From Minisyncoccota bacterium (lineage in GTDB: Bacteria; Patescibacteriota; Minisyncoccia; Minisyncoccales; JAGOPM01), in assembly GCA_041651395.1 (NCBI GenBank), contig JBAZJI010000001.1, positions 635,920 to 699,919 on the forward strand: a DNA stretch of 64,000 nt, given 5' to 3'. The stretch's first letter is position 1; each line of letters opens with the position of its first letter. Positions 1-10,271 of the stretch are shown in pieces. Both the position numbers and the translations under genes were made by a program. The notes beneath the pieces are model-generated. The model was given only the letters and a program-made list of their open reading frames with translations, searched no databases and was not told the DNA's origin.

Positions 1-56
1 TCAAAGGCGGCGATTTTTGTTGTAGTTGACCCGGGATTAATTACCAAAATTCTCAT
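1..56 (-). CDS. buk: butyrate kinase, first 18 codons only (gene runs off the window start)
   Basis: Minus-strand ATG at 56-54 follows a GGAGG. It translates to MRILVINPGSTTTKIAAF, which matches the INPGSTSTK N-terminal motif of butyrate kinases. Confidence 0.45.
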   Translation of the reverse strand, partial: MRILVINPGSTTTKIAAF

Positions 57-270
57 AAAATAGACCTCCATTTCAAAGGATTTTTTAAGTTACTACCATC
101 TTATAACACAGAAAATGAAAAAAGCAACCATTGCTTAAAAGCCCGATTGCCAAGCAAAAAGACTCAGATAAACAGCAAAACCGCCCCGACCGGTAATCAC
201 AATCCATAAATCACCTTTTTTGATTGATATCTTAAATCTTTTCAAAAACTACAAATTAATTTAGAGAAAA

Positions 271-300
271 TAAAAAAGGGCTATGGTAAGACCATGGCCC
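271..300 (-). terminator. intrinsic terminator downstream of 323..1351
   Basis: Hairpin gggctatgg-taag-accatggccc (278-300) is followed on the minus strand by a T-run (271-277). Confidence 0.5.
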
Positions 301-322
301 TTATAGGACTTGTGCTTGCTTA

Positions 323-1351
323 TTATTGGATTGTGTAAGGGAAATAAGTAGCCCAATTTTTACCCGGGAATTGAATTGCTCCTGGGGATTGGGCAGCCCA
401 AGCAGTTTCGCCCGAACCGTAGATTGGGGTGCAATCCGCTTTCAAGGCAATGATGATGACTTGCGAGCCATCGACAGGAACCAAGACAACAACCGTGTAT
501 CCGCCACAAGGAGGAACATATCCTTCCCCATTCGCTCTGGCGGCAGCCACAATTTCATTCATTCTACATCGATCCCATGCTCCAACCGTGCCTAAATCTG
601 AATCCGGAACGACACTTTCTGTCAGCGTCCAAATTGCGGCCTGGATATCACCCGAGGTAAAAATTCCGCCGCAAGAAGACGTTTTCCCAATGTAGCTTTG
701 ATTAAGCAGCCAGTTGACCAAATCCAGGTTTTCCGGATAGGAAAGAATCCCGGTTGGCAGAATTTCGTAGGATGAATAAGGCGTAACCATGTACTGCGTG
801 CCAGGGCTAATGAAGTGATCGGTATCTATGCACCAGGCGCTAGTAGTGAACGTGGTGCCTAGCCATCCCGATAGCGTGGCATCAAAATAACAATTATTGC
901 CCGGATAAGAAACAGTCACATAAGCCTGATCAGGCAGCGAAGCTGCGAAATCGATAAGGCTAGGCGGCCCATAACCAACAATTTTTCTGGCAATAGCATG
1001 GATTGCGATGGCCAATTTTGTTCCCGGTGGCCAATTACTCAGAGGAACAACGACTCGATTCCCAGAATAGACAAATTGTCCCGGTATCGGATTACCGCTG
1101 TTTGTTTGCGGAATGTCTTTGGCATCAGGGGCGACAGCCACTCGCACTTCGAACAGATTGTATCCGTCGCCGATGCAGTCAATCGTGAGGTTCGTCGAAT
1201 CATTAGTGACCAGGGCTTTGCCGGCATAGTTAGTTCTTCCGGCATAAAATGGGTATTCCATGACTTGTGCCGCAACCGCAGGGGTTACAGCCGGAACAAC
1301 CGCACACAGCACCAACGAAATTGCTATCAACAAAACAGATAACTTCTTCAC
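323..1351 (-). CDS. secreted hypothetical protein
   Basis: 342-aa ORF with an N-terminal signal peptide (MKKLSVLLIAISLVLCAVVPAVTPAVAA). No recognisable family. Confidence 0.6.
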   Translation of the reverse strand: MKKLSVLLIAISLVLCAVVPAVTPAVAAQVMEYPFYAGRTNYAGKALVTNDSTNLTIDCIGDGYNLFEVRVAVAPDAKDIPQTNSGNPIPGQFVYSGNRVVVPLSNWPPGTKLAIAIHAIARKIVGYGPPSLIDFAASLPDQAYVTVSYPGNNCYFDATLSGWLGTTFTTSAWCIDTDHFISPGTQYMVTPYSSYEILPTGILSYPENLDLVNWLLNQSYIGKTSSCGGIFTSGDIQAAIWTLTESVVPDSDLGTVGAWDRCRMNEIVAAARANGEGYVPPCGGYTVVVLVPVDGSQVIIIALKADCTPIYGSGETAWAAQSPGAIQFPGKNWATYFPYTIQ

Positions 1352-1721
1352 AAATGCCTCCTTGTTTATTTGATTTCTGCTTTCTACAAAAACAAAATAA
1401 GCCTTATTTTATTAAATTACACCTCCTCTTATTTTTAATCTCCTAATCCCATATTACGATATCAAAGGGCAAGAATTAACAGAATTAATTCCCGGTGAAC
1501 TTTGCCACATAGGAGCAATTATGTCAATAGAGACACGCCTACCGCCAAATAGATATGGCAGAACATATACCCAGTATGCATTCTTGCATTTATGAGCGGA
1601 AAAAGAGTGTGCATAATTGTTTCTATTTGCCGATTTTGTTGCGTTATAATTAATATATAAAACTCCTAGCGAAAATTAATTGAGCAAAACTTAGTAAGTT
1701 AAGTCTAATTAAAATAATAGT

Positions 1722-3815
1722 ATGAATTTTTTTAATAAAATTAAACTTTGGGGTGTCCTAATCATTTTGGCCAGCGGATATAGCTCGACAATAAACGCAA
1801 AATCTTTAGTTCCCTGTTCTAATAGCCCACTCAATTCCATTTCTTTTATTAAGACTTACCACCTACTAGAAACAACCAATGCTTACGGTATTTACCAAAC
1901 AAACGACGGCGGATACCTTTTAACCGGAGATACGATTGCCGCCGGAGGCATGGCCGTGCCTCATGCTTTTTCTATCAAAACCGATGCATCCGGCAATGCC
2001 TTATGGACGCAACAAGTAAGCAGGCAAAGCGCGGCGCAAGGAACTGATGCAGATGCCAAGCGCCTAGCCATACAAACAACCGATGGCAACTTTGTTTTAG
2101 CTCACGACATTATTGATTTCGTAAATGATGACTATTATAACCGAAAGGAATTATGGGGAGATATTTTAGTTTCAAAAATTAACCCCAATGGAAAACCCAT
2201 CTGGTCTATTTTGCTTGGCGATTACAGTATGGAGCTTCCTCAAAAATTATGGCCAGCCGCAGATGGCGGCATTTTGCTTTTAACTAAATTCGCGGCCACG
2301 GGCTACGGAAAAGAAATCGCTGATATCCAAGCTATCCCCCATTACAGCGCTTTGATAAAAATTAATAAAAATGGGCAAGTGGCATGGTCAAAGAAATTTA
2401 ATTTGTCTCTCAAGGATATGCAATATCTGCCAGACGGCAGCTTTATTGCCTTGGCCGATATAACCATGACCCAGGCGCCCCAAGCTAAAAATATTCTCGG
2501 CCCGGAAATGTTCGCCGGCGTTTTGCCCACAATAATTAAATTAAACAGCAATCTCAATGTGGAATGGGCCAAAAGCCTGGAAATGATACCTTCCGAAATT
2601 AAAAGCATTACCAGTATTACGGAGAATAAATTCGCCACCGGCATTACCAAAATACGGATGGCGGCCGGAGATTTCAAATCTGTGCAATCAACACCCGATA
2701 ATGGCTTTTTAATTTTTGGCTTCGATAACTTTTTATCAACCATAGGGCTAAAGGGCACAACAAAGCAGATTACCCAATTTGACCCCCGCCCGATTGTGGC
2801 GGTTAAAATTGATGCACAAGGAAATTATAAATGGGCTAAAAAATTGACTCCGGGTTTTGCCCCGGGAATTTCGGCTACCGAATTAAAGGTAACTAAAACT
2901 TCCGATAATAATTTTACCATTATACAAGACGCAATACGCTCGAGCATTAACCTGCAGCAACCGATAAATGCCTCAAACTACGCCGCTATATCTGATGCTT
3001 GGGCAACTAACATCGGGATTATAAAGGTTGATCCGGATTTTAATCCGTACTGGGTAAAAAAAATTGATGTGGAAAGGCATATCGTCGGATATGATATTTT
3101 CCCAACTAAAGATAATGGCCTTGTTTTGGCCGCCAATATCGCCACCAATAAGCTCCACCAAACTTTAAGCGGCAAAGAGCCATATAATGAAGCGGTAATA
3201 GTAAAAATTGATGCCAATGGCCACGCAGGCGATTGCTCCCCTATCACCGATATTAAAAAAGTTTCAGTCCAAGACCAAAGCAATTATCTGGTAGTACAAA
3301 ATATGAAGGTCCAGACCAGCAATTTCAAACTCCCAATCAATAAATTTGTTAATCCGAAATTCTCCAAACTGACAAATATCACCCGCGGTATTTGTTCGCG
3401 CCAAAGTAAAAATATCCTTCTTGACTGTTCATACCTTACAACCAGCGGCACGCCCACTTCTTCGCCAGTAGCCTTAACGTGGGCACAGATAAATTTTGAT
3501 AATGCCAAAGAAGGAAAAATAGAAACAGAAAAAAGCCGCCAAATCCACCAAGAGCTTCTGCCGATTCTTAATTCGGTATTTGGCAACAAAGTAAAGATGA
3601 CCGACAATACAAGCGGATTATGGCTAACATACTTTTTCAATCGCGTAGTAACACGCTCCGATATAGAGGCAATTCAAAAAAAATATTTGGAGCTGGGTTA
3701 TAAAATTGACGAATCAAACGGCAGCCATTTGTATGTTTCAAAAATCGGTCGCTCTCTGCGCTTTAATTTTTCAATGGAAGGCTCCATGGAAGGAAAATTG
3801 GAATTAATGCTTTAA
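1722..3815 (+). CDS. secreted hypothetical protein (697 aa)
   Basis: Long ORF with an N-terminal signal-like hydrophobic segment. Recurrent G/W/D-rich beta-strand-like stretches; no family recognised. Confidence 0.6.
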   Translation: MNFFNKIKLWGVLIILASGYSSTINAKSLVPCSNSPLNSISFIKTYHLLETTNAYGIYQTNDGGYLLTGDTIAAGGMAVPHAFSIKTDASGNALWTQQVSRQSAAQGTDADAKRLAIQTTDGNFVLAHDIIDFVNDDYYNRKELWGDILVSKINPNGKPIWSILLGDYSMELPQKLWPAADGGILLLTKFAATGYGKEIADIQAIPHYSALIKINKNGQVAWSKKFNLSLKDMQYLPDGSFIALADITMTQAPQAKNILGPEMFAGVLPTIIKLNSNLNVEWAKSLEMIPSEIKSITSITENKFATGITKIRMAAGDFKSVQSTPDNGFLIFGFDNFLSTIGLKGTTKQITQFDPRPIVAVKIDAQGNYKWAKKLTPGFAPGISATELKVTKTSDNNFTIIQDAIRSSINLQQPINASNYAAISDAWATNIGIIKVDPDFNPYWVKKIDVERHIVGYDIFPTKDNGLVLAANIATNKLHQTLSGKEPYNEAVIVKIDANGHAGDCSPITDIKKVSVQDQSNYLVVQNMKVQTSNFKLPINKFVNPKFSKLTNITRGICSRQSKNILLDCSYLTTSGTPTSSPVALTWAQINFDNAKEGKIETEKSRQIHQELLPILNSVFGNKVKMTDNTSGLWLTYFFNRVVTRSDIEAIQKKYLELGYKIDESNGSHLYVSKIGRSLRFNFSMEGSMEGKLELML

Positions 3816-3850
3816 CCGGGTATAAAATCTTTTTCTAAGGCGTCAAAAAA

Positions 3851-3874
3851 GCCCTTAAGAAAAATCTTAAGGGC
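3851..3874. terminator. bidirectional intrinsic terminator between convergent genes
   Basis: Perfect hairpin gcccttaag-aaaaat-cttaagggc, flanked by an A-run upstream and a T-run downstream. Confidence 0.6.
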
Positions 3875-3885
3875 TTTTAATATTC

Positions 3886-4998
3886 TTAAAAATCCTTATG
3901 TCCGGAATCCTTCAAATTCTTCTTCACTCTCTGCAAAAATTTCCCGAATTGGTAATCTTTCTCCTTTTTTTCTAACTCGCTCATTTGGTAAAATTCGGCT
4001 TCCTTTTTGAGACTTATATAATTGGCATACTTTTTTTCATCAAGGCGACCCTCTTTTATAGCTTTAACAACTTGGCAGCCCGGCTCTTGTGTATGAGTGC
4101 AATCGGCATATTTGCATTGCTTGGCTAGGGCCGTTATTTCATCAAAAAAAGAGTCTATCCCTTGGCTAACATCAGCCATTCCCACTTCACGCATTCCCGG
4201 ATTATCAATTACAATTCCTCCACCCTCCATGCCCTCCGGCGAAACAGGTAAAAAATACATCTGCCTGGCTGTAGTGGTATGCTTACCCCTATCCGTAGTA
4301 AAACTAATCTCTCCTGTTTTAATAATATCTCCTCCCAGTAATTTATTAATCAAAGACGATTTCCCCACTCCCGACGACCCAAGGAAACAATAAGTTTTGC
4401 CCTTGGCTATATACTTTCTCAAATCATCAAGACCATTGTCACTGGAAACGCTAGTCAAAATTACATCAATCCCGGGAAATCTTTCTTTTATCTCTGATAA
4501 TCTCTCATCTAAATCTTTTGGGCTAATGAGATCGATTTTATTTAGGATAATCGCCGGCTCCACTCCGCCATCTTGAGCAAGGGCAAAATATCTTTCAAAA
4601 CGATTAAGATTGTAATCGCGATCTACTGATTCAACCACAAAGGCAACGTCGATATTGGCAGCAATAATCTGAACATCACTTTTTTCCCCTGCCTTATTTT
4701 TGTCACCATGTCTTCTTTTGATTAATGTCATTCTGGGTAATAAACCATTAATCACGGCCTGCTCCCCGCCCAAATCAGTAATCGCCACCCAATCGCCAAC
4801 GGCCGGATAGTCTTGGCGCGATTGCGCCTCAAACATCTGCTTGCCAGTTATTTTAGCCAGATATTCTCCTTTTTCATTTTTGACCTTATAAGCTCCTTTG
4901 AATTCTGCAACTACCCGCGCCACGGCAAAATCGCCAAACCCCATTTGGTTTTTATTTTTCTCAAAAAAATCGTTATAACCTAAATCGCTTATATTCAT
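3886..4998 (-). CDS. rsgA: ribosome small-subunit-dependent GTPase A (circularly permuted GTPase)
   Basis: G4 NKIDL precedes G1 GSSGVGKSSLINKL (permuted order). C-terminal zinc motif CKYADCTHTQEPGC. Confidence 0.9.
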   Translation of the reverse strand: MNISDLGYNDFFEKNKNQMGFGDFAVARVVAEFKGAYKVKNEKGEYLAKITGKQMFEAQSRQDYPAVGDWVAITDLGGEQAVINGLLPRMTLIKRRHGDKNKAGEKSDVQIIAANIDVAFVVESVDRDYNLNRFERYFALAQDGGVEPAIILNKIDLISPKDLDERLSEIKERFPGIDVILTSVSSDNGLDDLRKYIAKGKTYCFLGSSGVGKSSLINKLLGGDIIKTGEISFTTDRGKHTTTARQMYFLPVSPEGMEGGGIVIDNPGMREVGMADVSQGIDSFFDEITALAKQCKYADCTHTQEPGCQVVKAIKEGRLDEKKYANYISLKKEAEFYQMSELEKKEKDYQFGKFLQRVKKNLKDSGHKDF

Positions 4999-5089
4999 TA
5001 AATAATCTTAACAAAAAATTGCCGCTTAGGCGATTCGTTTGGCCCATTACCCGATTGGAATCAAAACAACCCGGTGCTATACTCTTTTT

Positions 5090-5449
5090 ATGAATATAAA
5101 TATTATATCCCTTGGCAAGATCAGTGTGGCCGAAGTGCGCGAGCCCAATATTATCCTAAAAACCGAACAAAACGCTCTCGATCTGATGGCTGAATGCCAG
5201 GCTAGCCACATCATCATCCAGGATTACAATATAGAAAAAAGTTTTTTTGATTTGAGCACCAAGCTAGCCGGAGCAATCCTGCAGAAATTTTCCAATTACC
5301 GCATTAAACTGGCCATTGTCGGCGATTTTTCAAAATACCCCAGCCAAACACTGAAAGATTTTATTTACGAATCCAATCGACTCAAAAATTATTTATTTGT
5401 CGCAACAACGCAAGAAGCTCTGGATATTTGGGCTAAACTTGATGGCTAA
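5090..5449 (+). CDS. DUF4180-like protein
   Basis: MNINIISLGK...DLMAEC...IIIQDYNIEKSFFDLSTKLAGAILQKFSNYRIKLAIVGDF resembles DUF4180. Start moved to the internal ATG at 5090, downstream of a tatact -10-like box. Confidence 0.6.
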   Translation: MNINIISLGKISVAEVREPNIILKTEQNALDLMAECQASHIIIQDYNIEKSFFDLSTKLAGAILQKFSNYRIKLAIVGDFSKYPSQTLKDFIYESNRLKNYLFVATTQEALDIWAKLDG

Positions 5450-5512
5450 CGTCTACTCGAGGATATAAAAAAATAAAAGGAATTAGCCTTTCTAATTCCT
5501 TTTTTATTACTT

Positions 5513-6136
5513 TTACACTACTACTTCCGATTGTGAAAGCCGATAAATCGACGACAAGTTCCAAACCATTAAAGCAATGTAGCCAATCAAAACTACTGCG
5601 ATTGCCACGTAAACGGTCAAAATAAGCCCGACAACCGACGCAACAATAGTCGCGGCTATCGTCGAAATCCATGGCAATGACAAGATGCCCAAGATTATAT
5701 ATGGGGTGGCAAGATCAGTTCGCCCGAACCTCTCCGCAACTCCATAAAAAGTTATCATTCCTATAATGCCAGCAATCCAGTTGCCCACGTATAGAATAAT
5801 TCTGTACGACTCGAACACTGTGGTCATTTGCGGCAAAGCTCCGCTCTTAGATGTCACCGCCAAAATAGCAATTATGGCAACAACCGCTTGGGCGACTGAG
5901 ACGAGAGGATAAATAATCTGCATATGCTTTTTTGTGGAAATTTTCCCTAATATCCACTGCCGGCCAATTGGGACAAAGGCCAGCCAAGCGAGATTTTTAC
6001 CTACCCCAACCTTCCTTGCCATGGTATAAAACCAAAATGATACTATTATATACAAGATAATGGCAATAATAGCGGCAATAATTATCAGCGGCAACCACGA
6101 CGTCAACGCATCCGAAATACTTTCCATTGTCATCAA
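5513..6136 (-). CDS. polytopic membrane protein, unknown function
   Basis: 207-aa ORF with several hydrophobic helices. Confidence 0.55.
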   Translation of the reverse strand: MMTMESISDALTSWLPLIIIAAIIAIILYIIVSFWFYTMARKVGVGKNLAWLAFVPIGRQWILGKISTKKHMQIIYPLVSVAQAVVAIIAILAVTSKSGALPQMTTVFESYRIILYVGNWIAGIIGMITFYGVAERFGRTDLATPYIILGILSLPWISTIAATIVASVVGLILTVYVAIAVVLIGYIALMVWNLSSIYRLSQSEVVV

Positions 6137-6301
6137 TCAGCCTCCTATTTGGGAATGAACTACTGTTGCTATATAACATATCTCCAAAATTAATCAAGCA
6201 AAAACAAATGTGCCAATAGCTAAAGTTCGCATAAAATGCCTCCGAGGGAGGCATTTTATTTTTAAGTTTATTGGCCCAAGATGTTGGAATTCCCTACTTC
6301 T

Positions 6302-7045
6302 TCAATCCAATTTTATCGCTTCGATCCCAATGCTTTCCAAGGCAATGCCCTGATATTGCTGCTTGCTGATTGCCATATTTTCAGAAAGAATATTAACCTT
6401 AAATCCCGCGTCTCTTATTTTTTGCAAATAATCCTCTTTCAAAAGTGCGCCCGCCACGCAACCGGACAATAAGTTCTTGTCATTTTTTTGCTCTTCCGTA
6501 AGCTCCCCTAATAAGACTATATCCGAAAGATAAATTTTGCCTCCCTTCTTCAAAACCCGATGCGCCTCCTTGAAAGATTGCGTTTTATCCGGAGTAAGAT
6601 TGATAACGCAGTTAGAAATAATAATATCTACGGAATTATCATTTAATGGAATGTTTTCTATTTCAGCTAAAATAAACTCAACACTATTTTTACCTAGTTT
6701 TTCGGCGTTTATTTTGGCCCTTTCGATCATTTCTGGAGTCATATCTAGCCCGATTACCTTGCCGGCCTTACCAACTTTCTCTGACGCTAAAAAGCAATCA
6801 AATCCCGCCCCGCAACCCAAATCCAAAACCGTATCCCCTTCTTTTATTCTACTCATAGCTACAGGATTGCCGCAGCCAAGACCTAAATTTGCACCCTCTC
6901 CCATTTTTATCTCTTCATCCGAATATCCAATCTCTTGGGCAATACTGTTGCTGCTTTTACAACTACAACCGCAGCCACAATTCTTCGTGGCCACTTCCTT
7001 ATATTTTTCTTTAACTATCTTTTTGATATCTTCTGATTTGTTCAT
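6302..7045 (-). CDS. arsM: arsenite methyltransferase-like SAM-dependent methyltransferase
   Basis: N-terminal Cys cluster CGCGCSC, SAM motif VLDLGCGAGFDCF, and downstream VDIIISNCVINL, as in the ArsM family. Confidence 0.7.
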   Translation of the reverse strand: MNKSEDIKKIVKEKYKEVATKNCGCGCSCKSSNSIAQEIGYSDEEIKMGEGANLGLGCGNPVAMSRIKEGDTVLDLGCGAGFDCFLASEKVGKAGKVIGLDMTPEMIERAKINAEKLGKNSVEFILAEIENIPLNDNSVDIIISNCVINLTPDKTQSFKEAHRVLKKGGKIYLSDIVLLGELTEEQKNDKNLLSGCVAGALLKEDYLQKIRDAGFKVNILSENMAISKQQYQGIALESIGIEAIKLD

Positions 7046-7117
7046 GCTATTTTAATAATAATTGTACCAATAAATAAATCTTTTAGCTCGCGTTAAATAT
7101 TCTATTCTGGCAGACGA

Positions 7118-8017
7118 TCACCTATCTTTCAGGTCTTTGACGCATCTATACCCCTGATATTTTGCTCCGACATCTTTTCTCCGTGCCCAAACACCGCCGT
7201 TATACGCCAAAAAATATGCAGTCTTTTCGCTAGCGAGTTCACTCGTCCAGTAATAAATTACTTGAGAGTTTGGGTTCCAAAGCGGAGTTTCTTTGTCGGG
7301 TGTTATTTTATACTGCGTTTTGCCCGAGTTATCCAAAATACCGCCCGCATTTAGATTTTTCTTGGTCATCGAACGGGCAAGTTCGTCCCTGGTTGGCAAT
7401 CGCCAGATATTAATAGATTGGCTTTCTAATCCGGTCCCCTCGCTGTTTAAGCGGGCACATACATCTTCCGCCTCGTCCCACGATCCACCGGTTAAAGGGA
7501 AGCCAATTCCCTGCGGAGCCCAAACCAATGTGACCCCATTGCCATTTACTGTCCTGGTACCAAAATCAAAATCGTTATAGCGGCTTTCTACCCGAAGATA
7601 TTGCGGAATGCCAAAAACAAGCGCAATCAAGATTGCGGTAAGTATTAGAATTAAAGCCAACCATTTTTTATATTGAAAATTGCCAAAATAATACCCCAAG
7701 GCGAATAAAAGAACCGGTAGGGCGATTAATACTCTTCCTGCATTGGTGCTAAAAAAGAAAAATGCAAATATTGCCGTTGCGATAAATAAAATCGAACCAA
7801 TCCTTTTATATCTCATCGCCAGCAAAAAAAGAATGATTAAAATACAGGGCACTGATAAATACTGTATGAAGGTCAGGCGCAAATTATTCCATAACGAAAT
7901 AAAATACCATCCTTCATGAAATGCTTCATTTATTCCCCAATACATCCAAAAACAAACTAGCGCCAAGCTGGTTATATACGTTATCCAGCCGATTATTTTT
8001 TGGGTTTTTTCTGACAT
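7118..8017 (-). CDS. membrane protein with C-terminal DUF1566 (Lcl C-terminal-like) domain
   Basis: About five N-terminal TM helices. The C-terminal part has WRLPTRDEL and YYWTSE motifs typical of DUF1566. Confidence 0.6.
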   Translation of the reverse strand: MSEKTQKIIGWITYITSLALVCFWMYWGINEAFHEGWYFISLWNNLRLTFIQYLSVPCILIILFLLAMRYKRIGSILFIATAIFAFFFFSTNAGRVLIALPVLLFALGYYFGNFQYKKWLALILILTAILIALVFGIPQYLRVESRYNDFDFGTRTVNGNGVTLVWAPQGIGFPLTGGSWDEAEDVCARLNSEGTGLESQSINIWRLPTRDELARSMTKKNLNAGGILDNSGKTQYKITPDKETPLWNPNSQVIYYWTSELASEKTAYFLAYNGGVWARRKDVGAKYQGYRCVKDLKDR

Positions 8018-8044
8018 TAAATTTATTTAGATAAAATTTTAATT

Positions 8045-8734
8045 CTATTCCGCTCCCGGGCAAACAACAACGCATTTCGTATCCAAACAAATCGATGTAT
8101 AGGGGCAATTACTTCTTATCAAATATTCAGATGGAGTTTCACAGTCTCCGTCCAATTTGCACGATTTTTCCGTAACTTTTTCTATGCTGTAATTATCTAA
8201 TGAATATCCTTTGGGCAAACTAAATGATGGCAAATTATTATATCTTGTGATTTCCTCAATTTTATCAATCTTATTATTCTTTATCTCTATCGTAAAAGCC
8301 GGCTGATATTCTGGCAGATTTATTTCATTTTTCAATTCTTCCAAAGATGCTATTCGGGTTTTACTGGTAGAAAGAAATATCTTTGCTTCACTTATCCCGA
8401 TTGAAAAAGCTGATTTAGGGTCGCTTGGCCTGATATAATATCCATATTTAAGAGTTGACACGCATTCCTCTATCTCTTTTTTATCGCATTTTGCTTCATG
8501 CTGGGCGGAGTTAAATGCAACTATGCCAGAAAAATAGGTAATATGATCAAAAACAGCTGATTTCTTGACCAAATCCATTTCTCGTATCTGGACATAATAA
8601 ACTCCATCAGCCATTGCCGGGACAAATTGGCTAGGAGAAGTCTTTATGCTGTTTGATGCCCTATACCCGGAATAAATGAACCCAATAACAAACAGCAGGA
8701 CGGTTCCAATAATTATATATGTTTTTTGGTTCAT
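8045..8734 (-). CDS. membrane-anchored hypothetical protein
   Basis: 229-aa ORF with an N-terminal TM anchor and a C-terminal Cys-rich tail (CKLDGDCETP..CPYTSICLDTKCVVVCP). Confidence 0.5.
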   Translation of the reverse strand: MNQKTYIIIGTVLLFVIGFIYSGYRASNSIKTSPSQFVPAMADGVYYVQIREMDLVKKSAVFDHITYFSGIVAFNSAQHEAKCDKKEIEECVSTLKYGYYIRPSDPKSAFSIGISEAKIFLSTSKTRIASLEELKNEINLPEYQPAFTIEIKNNKIDKIEEITRYNNLPSFSLPKGYSLDNYSIEKVTEKSCKLDGDCETPSEYLIRSNCPYTSICLDTKCVVVCPGAE

Positions 8735-8761
8735 GGTTTATTATACGACGCTAGTCTTGTT

Positions 8762-9208
8762 TTAGTATGTTTCTACTATTTTTCGTAATTTATCAATAAA
8801 GGCGCGCTCCCAATACCACATAGAAAACCACTTTATCAAAGGTGTTCCTATAACCCTTAATATCGGGCGATGAATTTTGATGTTATATGTGTAGTTAATT
8901 CTAGTAGCGCCCTCAACATCCTCCATTAAAAACTCCTCATGGCCAGAAGTGCCGAAGGTTGATTTATTGTCAGATTTGAAGCCAATATTAGGTAAAAGTT
9001 CTGTTTGCATTTCTACATCAAACACACTACCAAAAGATTTCAGCTTTGCGGCCATTTTTTGATGGTTTCCCTGCTTCTCGATTATGTGTATTGATCCTGC
9101 AACAGATGGGAAATATTTGGGCATATTTTCAAAATCAGAAACTATCTTATATATTTTTTCTCGGGGTGCCCTAATTACCCAAGAGCCCTTTAGACTGATC
9201 TGCTTCAT
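8762..9208 (-). CDS. SRPBCC (polyketide cyclase/dehydrase-like) family protein
   Basis: 148 aa. The N-terminal pattern SWVIRAPREKIYKIVSDFENMPKYFP is typical of the SRPBCC fold. Confidence 0.6.
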   Translation of the reverse strand: MKQISLKGSWVIRAPREKIYKIVSDFENMPKYFPSVAGSIHIIEKQGNHQKMAAKLKSFGSVFDVEMQTELLPNIGFKSDNKSTFGTSGHEEFLMEDVEGATRINYTYNIKIHRPILRVIGTPLIKWFSMWYWERAFIDKLRKIVETY

Positions 9209-9210
9209 AA

Positions 9211-9849
9211 CTAATTTTTTAATTTCAACTTAAAACTGTTGGCGATATCAGAAAAAGTTTTCTGATATTCGGTCCAAGTGCTTTGGAGAGTATTAAACGA
9301 GATTACCCAGACATCATTTCCCGAACCTTTAACCGCTACCATTAAAATTTTGAAATTTGCTCCTTTCTGATTAAAATCCGCCTCAAACGCCCTAGCTGGC
9401 TTTTCATTTATAGTTGTGTCGTGTTCTTGCGCGAAGATAACGCCGGGGATTGTTTGCTGTAATTGGGTTTTTATAGCTTGTATATATTCGCTTAAACTTT
9501 TCCCTTGTGTCGTATCATAGCTTACGGCAAAATAACTTCTAAAATTAATTTTCTTAGCCGCAGAGTCAGCAAGTTGTTCATCTGCCTTGACAACCATTAC
9601 GGAAGTTCCTATTGGAGGCGCAGTTTTCTGCCAACCCACAGGAAGATTAATTTCAAAATCATCAGTTATCAGTTTATTCTGGGATTGCTCGTTACTTATT
9701 GGATTGTTCACTTCAGTCTGGCTTGGTAGCGCGGTATTTTCAACAGGGCCAGCGGACTGTTTGTTTTGTTTGCTAAAATAAAAACCAATTATCGCCACCC
9801 CCGCGATAACTGCAACAATTAAAATAACAATTACAATTTTATTTTTCAT
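9211..9849 (-). CDS. membrane-anchored hypothetical protein
   Basis: 212-aa ORF with a single N-terminal TM helix. Only 2 nt from the downstream gene. Confidence 0.55.
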   Translation of the reverse strand: MKNKIVIVILIVAVIAGVAIIGFYFSKQNKQSAGPVENTALPSQTEVNNPISNEQSQNKLITDDFEINLPVGWQKTAPPIGTSVMVVKADEQLADSAAKKINFRSYFAVSYDTTQGKSLSEYIQAIKTQLQQTIPGVIFAQEHDTTINEKPARAFEADFNQKGANFKILMVAVKGSGNDVWVISFNTLQSTWTEYQKTFSDIANSFKLKLKN

Positions 9850-9970
9850 ACATTTATTAAGTTAAGAATACTGAGTTTTGTTAAAATACTCAACCTTATT
9901 TATTTTAACATATTTTTTGCCACAACTTAGGCCTAACTTGTTCATAGCGCCACCTTCACCAAATTGATCT

Positions 9971-10110
9971 GCTCCGCGAGTAAGCTACCCCGCCAATCAT
10001 TTACAGCTGAATTAAACTCCGCGAGTGTCCTCGAATGTGTTGCCCCTGCCTGCCGGTAGGCAGGCGAAGTCTCCGCCAGTTGGCGGATCGGCATGTTAGG
10101 TTCTCGCCAC
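9971..10110. repeat. tRNA-Asn-derived fragments (putative old attachment-site scars / decayed pseudo-tRNA)
   Basis: gctccgcgagta (9971-9982) is identical to 36950-36961 at the 3' end of tRNA-Asn. 10017-10046 (ctccgcgagtgtcctcgaatgtgttgcccc) is a degenerate copy of the tRNA 3' half. 10064-10108 resembles 37037-37082. Confidence 0.45.
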
Positions 10111-10125
10111 CACTCTCAGGCAATC

Positions 10126-10153
10126 AAAAATACCCCTGTTCAGGGGTATTTTT
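10126..10153. terminator. bidirectional intrinsic terminator downstream of the 1975-aa gene
   Basis: aaaaa-tacccct-gttc-aggggta-ttttt. Confidence 0.6.
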
Positions 10154-10271
10154 GACATTGACTCCGAGCTGTGAGAGAACTTAGAACTATCATTTTAAGT
10201 GGTTGGAAGTCCTATGAACTGGATGCGGCCGTGGATATGCTAGATGGCAAGATGCCGTTAGACTTTTAGCA

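Noticed and set aside
9950-10125. GC-rich structured stretch considered as a functional tRNA, tmRNA, SRP RNA or RNase P RNA.
   Set aside because: The acceptor-like ends pair, but the D, anticodon (4-6-nt loop) and T arms do not fold canonically. No tmRNA, SRP or RNase P consensus blocks are present. It is better explained as decayed tRNA-Asn-derived sequence.
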